Assembly (NCBI GenBank): GCA_964459825.1
Contig: CAYWOF010000001.1
Span: 1 to 45,228, forward strand
DNA length: 45,228 nucleotides
Source of the DNA: an uncultured Phycisphaeraceae bacterium
Lineage (GTDB): Bacteria; Planctomycetota; Phycisphaerae; Phycisphaerales; UBA1924
Reading direction: 5' to 3'
In this document: positions 33,251 through 39,967 of the stretch, piece after piece
How the letters are laid out: every line of letters begins with the position of its first letter
Position numbering within the stretch: position 1 is the stretch's first letter
Translations under genes and position numbers: made by a program
Notes under the pieces: model-generated
What the model was told of the DNA's origin: nothing
The model's input: only the letters and a program-made list of their open reading frames with translations
Databases searched by the model: none

Positions 33251-35605
33251 ATGAGAATCCCCGCGCTCGCCGGCCTCCTGGCGGCTTTGGTGGCCGTGCC
33301 CGCCGGCGCCCAGCCGTGCGCACCACGCTGGTCCGATGATCTCTGGGCGCACGCGCCGCCAGGGGACGTTCGCGCCCTGGCGGTGATCGATCTCGGTCAA
33401 GGGCCCGCGCTGACCATCGGCACGATCGGTGCCGAGCAGGAGGGGTGGATCGCACGCTACGACGCTTCCCGCCTGCGAGTCATCGGGCACGCCGAGGGGC
33501 AGATGCCGGGCGGTAACGCGTCGGGCGTCTATGCGCTCACGTGCTTCGATGATGGCGCGGGCGCGGCGGTCTTCGCGGGTGGCGTCTTCACCACGGTCGA
33601 CGGCGTGCCCGCGAGCGGCATCGCCCGATGGAGCGGGGGTGCGTGGCAGCCGCTCGGCGCCGGTACCGACCAGGGCGTCCGTGCCTTGGCCGCCTACGAC
33701 GGTGGCGCCGGCCCGGCTCTCTACGCGGGCGGGTTCTTTCATGCGGCGGGAGGAGTCCCGGCTTCCCGCGTGGCCCGATGGAATGGGGCGGAGTGGGCGG
33801 CGCTCGGAGAGGGCCTGGCCGGAGGGGGAACCTCGTCCGGGGCCACGACCTGGCCCGTCGCGTACGCGCTCACCGTCCATGACTTCGGCGCCGGCCCCGT
33901 GCTGTGCGTCGGGGGGAACTTCGACCTCGCCGGGGGCATCGCCGCGACCAACGTGGCCGCCTGGAACGGCTCGACGTGGAGCGCCCTGGGCCGGGGTCCC
34001 ACCTACAGCCCCACCGAGCACGGGAGCGTGCTCGCCCTCACGGTGTTCGACGCCGGTTCCGGGCCCGAGCTCTACGCGGGCGGGCGCGTTCGCCTCGGCG
34101 AGGTACCCTGCGTGCGCGCGGCGCGCTGGGATGGCGCGGCCTGGCAGCCCGTGGGATCCTGCCTCACGGGGCAATGGATCAGCGCACTCGCCCCGGGTGA
34201 CGTCGGCGCGGGTGCAGCCCTGTACGCCGGCCTCGTCACGGGGACGAGCAGCGGCCTGGTGCACCGGCTCGACGGCGCGCAGTGGACATCGCTCGGGACG
34301 GCCGCCCCGACGAGCCAGTGCCGGGCGCTTGCCGCGTACGACGATCACGCCGTGCAGCTCTACTGCGGAGGGGATTTCGGAACCCTTGCGGGCGCGTTCA
34401 CGCCGCGCCTGGGGCGATGGAACGGGTCCGCCTGGACGCCGATCCCGGCCCCGGGTTGCCTCGATGAACCCGATCGCCTCAAGGTCCTCGACACGGGGCC
34501 CGGGCCGGAGCTCTACTTGATCGGTGCCAGCCGGGTCGCCGGCATCATCGTCCCCGGCCTGGCTCGCTTCGATGGCGCCGCCTGGCACCCCGTCGGGCCG
34601 CCCGGGCAGCTCATCTCACCCAGCGAGCTGGAGGTGTTCGACGATGGCGCCGGGCCGCTCCTGTACGCCTCCGGGAGCCTGGACTTCGGGAGCGTTCACT
34701 ACCGTGTGGCGTGCCTGCGCAAGAACGGCTGGGAGGGTGTGGGCCCCTCGACGCACACCCTGCTCGAGAGTTCGCCGCGCGTGCTCCGGACCTTCGACGA
34801 TGGACTGGGCCCGAGGCTCTTCGCGGGCGGTGCGCTCGTCGGCGGCGTGCTCGCGTGGGATGGTGTGGCTTGGACGCGCCCCGGAGGTGGGCTGCCCGGT
34901 TTCTCCGGCGGCTCCGGGGTCCGCGACCTGGAGCCCTTCGATGCCGGATCGGGCCTCCGTCTGTACGCCGCGTGGGTCAACGGATTCGCCCGATGGGATG
35001 GCGTCGCGTGGGAGACTCTCCCGGAGTGGATTCCCAGCATCACCGACCTCCAGACCTTCGATGACGGGAGCGGTCCGGCGCTCTTTGCGGCTCGCGCGTC
35101 CACGGTGGACTCGGTCCTCCGCTTCGACGGCGCCGCCTGGACCGTCGTGGCGAGTGTGAGCGATCACTCGGTCATCGCCCTGTCGCCCTTCGATGACGGT
35201 TCGGGTCCAGCCCTGTACGCATCGGGACACTTCGGCTCCATTGGTGGCGTCGAGGCTCGCGGCATCGCGCGCTGGCACGCGGGGAGTTGGAGTCCCCTCG
35301 GCTCCGGCCTTCTGGGCCCGGGCGAGACCCTGACCGCCTTCGGGCTCCCGCAGCCCGCGCTCTGGGTCGCTGGTTCCTTCGAGATCGCGGGCGGCCAATC
35401 CGCCGGCCATCTCGCCCGCTGGATCGGCTGCCCGACCTGCTACCCCGACTGCGATGGCTCGGGAACGCTCGACGTGGGCGACTACATCTGCTTCCAGACG
35501 AAGTTCGCCCTCGGCGACCCCTACGCCGACTGCGATGCGAACGGCATCCGCAACGTGGCCGACTTCATCTGCTTCCAGACGGCGTTCGCCCTCGGGTGCG
35601 CCTGA
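33251..35605 (+). CDS. Secreted beta-propeller repeat protein + Cys-rich dockerin-like module
   Basis: Track ORF of 784 aa, starting 15 nt after the previous stop. Signal peptide MRIPALAGLLAALVAVPAGAQP. Repeats are of the type FDDG.GPALYAGG.F...GGV.A..IARW.G..W..LG. Tail: CYPDCDGSGTLDVGDYICFQTKFALGDPYADCDANGIRNVADFICFQTAFALGCA. Confidence 0.85.
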   Translation: MRIPALAGLLAALVAVPAGAQPCAPRWSDDLWAHAPPGDVRALAVIDLGQGPALTIGTIGAEQEGWIARYDASRLRVIGHAEGQMPGGNASGVYALTCFDDGAGAAVFAGGVFTTVDGVPASGIARWSGGAWQPLGAGTDQGVRALAAYDGGAGPALYAGGFFHAAGGVPASRVARWNGAEWAALGEGLAGGGTSSGATTWPVAYALTVHDFGAGPVLCVGGNFDLAGGIAATNVAAWNGSTWSALGRGPTYSPTEHGSVLALTVFDAGSGPELYAGGRVRLGEVPCVRAARWDGAAWQPVGSCLTGQWISALAPGDVGAGAALYAGLVTGTSSGLVHRLDGAQWTSLGTAAPTSQCRALAAYDDHAVQLYCGGDFGTLAGAFTPRLGRWNGSAWTPIPAPGCLDEPDRLKVLDTGPGPELYLIGASRVAGIIVPGLARFDGAAWHPVGPPGQLISPSELEVFDDGAGPLLYASGSLDFGSVHYRVACLRKNGWEGVGPSTHTLLESSPRVLRTFDDGLGPRLFAGGALVGGVLAWDGVAWTRPGGGLPGFSGGSGVRDLEPFDAGSGLRLYAAWVNGFARWDGVAWETLPEWIPSITDLQTFDDGSGPALFAARASTVDSVLRFDGAAWTVVASVSDHSVIALSPFDDGSGPALYASGHFGSIGGVEARGIARWHAGSWSPLGSGLLGPGETLTAFGLPQPALWVAGSFEIAGGQSAGHLARWIGCPTCYPDCDGSGTLDVGDYICFQTKFALGDPYADCDANGIRNVADFICFQTAFALGCA
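35438..35602 (+). other. Six-cysteine twin EF-hand dockerin-like module, copy 3
   Basis: CYPDCDGSGTLDVGDYICFQTKFALGDPYADCDANGIRNVADFICFQTAFALGCA. Hand alignment to 30233..30400 gives 26 mismatches in 168 nt, including a 34-nt identical run (30299-30332 = 35504-35537). Confidence 0.85.
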
Positions 35606-35681
35606 GCGCGCGCGGAGCTCGGCTCGTGCGGGGGTCACGCACGCCGCACGACCGGCGCGGGCACGGAACTACACTGTGCCG

Positions 35682-35999
35682 ATGGCCACCGCCGAGCCCA
35701 CCCTCTCCGCCGCCGATGTGCGCAAGGTCGCGCGCCTGGCGCGCCTGGAACCCAGCGATGCCGAGGTCGAGGCCTATCGCATCCAGCTCTCGGCGGTCCT
35801 GGGCTACGTGGAGCGCCTGCGTGCGCTCGACCTCGCCGGCGTCGCCCCGCTGGTGCACGTCGGGGAATCGGTCAATCGGCTCGACCCCGACGAACCCGGC
35901 CCCACGCTCGACCCCCAGGTCCTCATGCGCATGGTCCCGGACGCCTGGCCGCCGTTCATACGGGTGCCCAAGGTGATCGATGAGGGAGCCGGGGCATGA
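35682..35999 (+). CDS. gatC: Asp-tRNA(Asn)/Glu-tRNA(Gln) amidotransferase subunit C
   Basis: Internal ATG 35682 of track ORF 35454..35999, 105 aa. Sequence MATAEPTLSAADVRKVARLARLEPSDAEVEAYRIQLSAVLGYVERLRALDLAGVAPL is the classic GatC pattern. Confidence 0.9.
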   Translation: MATAEPTLSAADVRKVARLARLEPSDAEVEAYRIQLSAVLGYVERLRALDLAGVAPLVHVGESVNRLDPDEPGPTLDPQVLMRMVPDAWPPFIRVPKVIDEGAGA

Positions 36000-36511
36000 G
36001 CCCCGATCCCGCCCGAGCGCCCTTCGAGCGCCGGCACGCCGGCTTCCTCATCAGCGACGACCCCCGGCGCATCGACGTGGCGGCGGCCCACGCCTACCTG
36101 GCACGCAGCTACTGGGCTCCGGGCATCCCGCTCGAGGTCGTGCGCCGGTCCATCGAGAACTCGCTCTGCTTCGGCGCGTACGACGAGGCCCACGGCGGCC
36201 GGCAGGCCGGCTTCGCCCGCGTGATCACGGACCGGGCGACGTTCGCCTACATCGGCGATGTCCACGTGCTCGAGGCGTACCGCGGACGCGGGCTCTCGAA
36301 GGGCCTCATGGAGGCGATCGTCGCCCACCCGGACCTCCAGAACCTCCGGCGCTGGATGCTCATCACCCGCGACGCGCACGGCCTCTACCGCCGGTTCGGG
36401 TTCGTGCCCGCGAGCAAACCCGAGAACATCATGGAGATCCGCGACCCCGATGTGTACCGGCGCCTGGCGACCTCCGCGCCGGCGGTGGCGGCGCCTCTCC
36501 CGGGCGCCTGA
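35996..36511 (+). CDS. GNAT family N-acetyltransferase
   Basis: Track ORF of 171 aa. ATGA overlap with the gatC stop (35996-35999). Acetyl-CoA binding-type motif: VHVLEAYRGRGLSKGLMEAIV...AHGLYRRFGF. Confidence 0.85.
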   Translation: MSPDPARAPFERRHAGFLISDDPRRIDVAAAHAYLARSYWAPGIPLEVVRRSIENSLCFGAYDEAHGGRQAGFARVITDRATFAYIGDVHVLEAYRGRGLSKGLMEAIVAHPDLQNLRRWMLITRDAHGLYRRFGFVPASKPENIMEIRDPDVYRRLATSAPAVAAPLPGA

Positions 36512-36519
36512 GGACACTC

Positions 36520-38028
36520 GTGCTCGACTCGGCCATCGACACCACCCGGTCCATCCGCGAGCGCCGCACCTCCGCGCTCGACGCCACGCGCGCGGCCCTC
36601 GCGCGGGTCGATGGCGCCAACCCGGGCCTCAACGCCTTCCTCCAGGTGTTCCACGATCGCGCCCTCGACGGCGCCAGGGCCCTCGGCGATCGCCTCGGGC
36701 GCGCCGAGCGGGCCGGCCCCCTCGCCGGTGTGCCGATCGCCCTCAAGGACAACCTCTGCCTGGCCCACGGGCGGACGACCTGCGCCTCGCGCATGCTCGA
36801 GAACTACGAGTCCCCCTTCACCGCCACCGCCGTGCAGCGCCTCATCGATGCCGGCGCGATCATCGTGGGCAAGACCAACATGGACGAGTTCGCCATGGGG
36901 TCGAGCGGCGAGAACTCCGCCTTCGGCCCCACGCGCAATCCGTGGGACCCGACGCGCGTCCCCGGCGGGTCGAGCTCGGGTTCGGGCGCGGCCGTCGCCG
37001 CTGGCATCGTCCCCATCGCCCTGGGCTCCGACACCGGCGGCTCGGTCCGCCAGCCCGCGGCCCATTGCGGCCTCGTCGGCCTCAAGCCCACCTACGGCCG
37101 CGTCTCCCGCTACGGGCTCGTCGCCTTCGCCTCCAGCCTCGACCAGATCGGCGTCCTGAGCCGCACGGTCGGCGATGCCGCCCTGGCCCTGTCCGTCATC
37201 GCGGGCCACGACCCGCTCGACGCCACCAGCGCCGACCAACCCGTGCCGGACCTCGGGACCGACCTCGACACGCCGCTCGATCGGCTCACGCTCGCCATCC
37301 CGCGCCAGGCCCGCTCCCCCGCCAACCACCCGGCCGTCGCCCGCGCGCTGGACGACGCCATCGGCCTCTACCAGTCCCTGGGCGCCCGGGTGATCGACAT
37401 CGACCTGCCCCACGCCGACCACGGCATCGCGGCCTATTACATCGTCGCCACCGCCGAGGCCAGCTCCAACCTCGCCCGCTACGACGGCATCCGCTATGGC
37501 CGGCGTGCGGCCCCAACCCACACTCCGAACGCGGGTCACGGCGCACGGCACTCGCTCGAGGCCATCTACGCCGCCAGCCGCTCCGCCGGTTTCGGACCGG
37601 AGGTCCAGCGCCGCATCATGCTCGGCACGCATGTGCTCAGCAGCGGCTACTACGAGGCCTACTACAACACGGCCCTCAAGGTGCGGCGCCTCATCCAGCG
37701 CGACTTCGAGGCCGCCTTCCGGGGCGGTCCCGGCATCCCCGCGTGCGATGCGATCCTCATGCCGGCGACGCCCGGCCCTGCCTTCCGCATCGGCGAGAAA
37801 GTCGCGGACCCGCTGACCATGTACCTCGAGGACATCTACACCGTCGGCGTCAACCTCGCCGGCCTGCCGGCCCTGACGTTCCCCGCGGGGTTGGCCGAGG
37901 AGGCCGGCACGGCGCTCCCCGTCGGGCTGCAGCTCGTCGCCCCGGCCTGGCGCGAGGACCGGCTCCTCCGCATCGCGCGGATGTTCGAGCGCCAAGGGCC
38001 GGTGTTCGATCCGACGCTTCCGGGTTGA
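36520..38028 (+). CDS. gatA: Asp-tRNA(Asn)/Glu-tRNA(Gln) amidotransferase subunit A (amidase signature)
   Basis: GTG 36520, in frame with track ORF 35980..38028 and following gagga. Sequence reads NAFLQV...GVPIALKDNLC...GKTNMDEFAMGSSGENSAFGPTRNPWD..RVPGGSSSGSGAAVAAG..PIALGSDTGGSVRQPAAHCGLVGLKPTYGRVSRYGLVAFASSLDQIG. Confidence 0.93.
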   Translation: MLDSAIDTTRSIRERRTSALDATRAALARVDGANPGLNAFLQVFHDRALDGARALGDRLGRAERAGPLAGVPIALKDNLCLAHGRTTCASRMLENYESPFTATAVQRLIDAGAIIVGKTNMDEFAMGSSGENSAFGPTRNPWDPTRVPGGSSSGSGAAVAAGIVPIALGSDTGGSVRQPAAHCGLVGLKPTYGRVSRYGLVAFASSLDQIGVLSRTVGDAALALSVIAGHDPLDATSADQPVPDLGTDLDTPLDRLTLAIPRQARSPANHPAVARALDDAIGLYQSLGARVIDIDLPHADHGIAAYYIVATAEASSNLARYDGIRYGRRAAPTHTPNAGHGARHSLEAIYAASRSAGFGPEVQRRIMLGTHVLSSGYYEAYYNTALKVRRLIQRDFEAAFRGGPGIPACDAILMPATPGPAFRIGEKVADPLTMYLEDIYTVGVNLAGLPALTFPAGLAEEAGTALPVGLQLVAPAWREDRLLRIARMFERQGPVFDPTLPG

Positions 38029-38101
38029 ACCGGCACCCCAATGCCGTAGGCTGCGGTCGCGCCGAACGGCAGGAGCCCGCTTCGCCGGAAAGGAGGCTCT
38101 C

Positions 38102-38596
38102 GTGCGCTGCCGCTGGATCGTGGTGTGCCTCGCCGCCCTCGCGGCCTGTGATCAGTCCGTGCCGGGTCCGCCCGGCCCGTCCAACTCCTCGCCGACGCCG
38201 GCTCCCGCCGATCCCCTGGAAGTGGCCGTCGCGGCGGCCGATGGGTCGGAGATCCTCGCCTACAAGATGCTGGCGCGCCACGTGGACGGTTGGTACCGGG
38301 GGCGCCAGGCGTCCGTCGTGCTCACGTTCCAACCCGACGGGACCGCCTCGGACGGGGCCGGGCATAGCGTGCCCATCGCCCCGGCCCAGTGGAAGGGCAT
38401 CGTGGCGCGCGTCCGCGCGGCCACGCCGGAGCGCCCCATCGAGGCCGTGGCCTCGATATGGCGGATCTACGACGGATCCACCCTGATGCCCAAGGACGAC
38501 TTCGGCCGGATCCCACGATACCGCTACCGCCTCAAGGTGGTGAGCGACGACAAGCTCCGCTTCGTCAACAACGGCAAGTACGATGAGGGCGGTTGA
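38102..38596 (+). CDS. Hypothetical lipoprotein
   Basis: Track ORF of 164 aa. GTG start after ggaaaggagg. Signal and lipobox: MRCRWIVVCLAALAAC (L-A-A-C). No recognised domain. Confidence 0.7.
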   Translation: MRCRWIVVCLAALAACDQSVPGPPGPSNSSPTPAPADPLEVAVAAADGSEILAYKMLARHVDGWYRGRQASVVLTFQPDGTASDGAGHSVPIAPAQWKGIVARVRAATPERPIEAVASIWRIYDGSTLMPKDDFGRIPRYRYRLKVVSDDKLRFVNNGKYDEGG

Positions 38597-38650
38597 CGGA
38601 CGACGGGTGATGCCGTCGTCAGCACGTCCGGCCTCGGGGCCCGAAGCCGC

Positions 38651-39826
38651 TCAGCCGCCCAGTGAGGCGATGGCCTCCTGTGCGCCCGCGATAAGTGCCT
38701 GGCCCTGGGCCTCCGAGAGCGTGCCCTGTCGGACGAACTTCTCGATCTTGCGGATGAAGTTGTTGAGCTTGTCGATAGCCGCCTGGTTGTTCCCGAGCGC
38801 GATCAGGGCCTGGGCATCGTCGAGCAGGTTTCCGACGGAGTTGGCCTGCGATGCGGTGAGGTATCCCTGGTTCACCAGGACCTGAACACGGGTCTGCAAC
38901 TGTGTCACGTCCTCGGCCGGAGAGTACGGGGCCGTGGTGATTCCAACGCTGTGGTGGAAGCCCGATGCAACGGCAAAGAACCCGCCCGTCGTTGGTGTTC
39001 CGGACACCTGCCCGTTGTAGTCGTTGCCCCAGGCGACGAGGGTTCCGTCCGCCCGCCAAGCGATGCCGTGCGTGTCGCCGGCGGAGACTCCGACAAAGCC
39101 GGCGCCCGACGGTGTTCCGCTCACTTGGCCCTGGGCATTACCCCCCCACGCGGCGAGACTTCCGTCCGCGCGAAGTGCCAAGACCCAGTAGTCCGCCGCG
39201 GAAAGGCCCACGAAGTCGTTGCCCGTCGGCGTGTTGGCGATGACCGTGCCCACTCCGCTGTAGTTGATGTCGCCCCACGTCACGAGGCTCCCGTCTGCCC
39301 GAAGCGCGACCGTAAAGGCAACACCGGACGAAAGGGCGACAAAGTCGTTCCCAGGTGGCACTCCGAATACCGTGGGACCAAAATCACCCCCCCAACGCAC
39401 AAGGCTGCCGTCAGGCTGGATTGCTACCGCCTGGATGGCCTGCAGCGAGATCGCGATGAACCCGCCGTTCGGAGGGGCGTGGAGTGTGTAGCCCGGGTGC
39501 GCATTCCAGAAGACGATGCTTCCATTGGCGCGTGTGGCCACGGCCCCTGAGCCCCCGACGACCACTCCGACGAAGTCGTTGCCCGCGGGTACGACGTTGC
39601 CATGGAAGTCCGTACCCCAGGACACGAGGCTGCCATCGGCCCGGATGGCCACACTGTGGTACTTGCCGCAGGCGACAGACACGAAATCGTCACCACTGGG
39701 CGTGCCACTCACCTGCCCCCCGTTGTCCAGCCCCCAGGAAACGAGCCGGCCCTGTGCGAGCACCAGTGAGGGCGCCGCGCCAGCACCGACGCCCAACGCA
39801 ACAACAACGAGTCCCAGCGTCCTCAT
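38651..39826 (-). CDS. Secreted RCC1-repeat beta-propeller protein with a C-terminal helical FIMAH-like domain
   Basis: Track ORF of 391 aa. Signal peptide MRTLGLVVVALGVGAGAAPSLVLAQG. There are 6-7 repeats of the type G.DFV.vs.G..H.vAlRADGSLV.WG.n..GQVSGTP. The C-terminal LQTRVQVLVNQGYLTASQANSVGNLLDDAQALIALGNNQAAIDKLNNFIRKIEKFVRQGTLSEAQGQALIAGAQEAI matches my memory of the FIMAH helical domain. Confidence 0.85.
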   Translation of the reverse strand: MRTLGLVVVALGVGAGAAPSLVLAQGRLVSWGLDNGGQVSGTPSGDDFVSVACGKYHSVAIRADGSLVSWGTDFHGNVVPAGNDFVGVVVGGSGAVATRANGSIVFWNAHPGYTLHAPPNGGFIAISLQAIQAVAIQPDGSLVRWGGDFGPTVFGVPPGNDFVALSSGVAFTVALRADGSLVTWGDINYSGVGTVIANTPTGNDFVGLSAADYWVLALRADGSLAAWGGNAQGQVSGTPSGAGFVGVSAGDTHGIAWRADGTLVAWGNDYNGQVSGTPTTGGFFAVASGFHHSVGITTAPYSPAEDVTQLQTRVQVLVNQGYLTASQANSVGNLLDDAQALIALGNNQAAIDKLNNFIRKIEKFVRQGTLSEAQGQALIAGAQEAIASLGG

Positions 39827-39967
39827 GGAAGCCCCTTCTCCCGTCCCCGAAGAGCCGCTTCGCCTGTCGAGGGCGAAGAACCAACGGCGCTCCCAGACTA
39901 CACAAGGGACGTAGGGCCCGTCAAGGCTGCTCCTCCGACCGTGCGCAAACCCGGTCGAGGTGGTGAG

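Noticed and set aside
29021-35638. Antisense ORFs 29021..30523(-), 28732..30201(-), 32636..34588(-) and 34616..35638(-)
   Set aside because: They lie opposite strongly supported repeat-protein genes and have shadow-frame composition typical of high-GC DNA.
36258-38486. 742-aa plus-strand ORF and 536-aa minus-strand ORF 36385..37995 overlapping gatA
   Set aside because: The gatA frame carries the full amidase signature. These are off-frame or antisense Arg/Pro-rich reads.
39827-39967. Possible promoter (TTGACG...TAGTCT) and 7-bp hairpin upstream of the RCC1 gene on the minus strand
   Set aside because: The spacer length is 18 nt and the -10 match is only 3 of 6, which is too weak to report as a feature.
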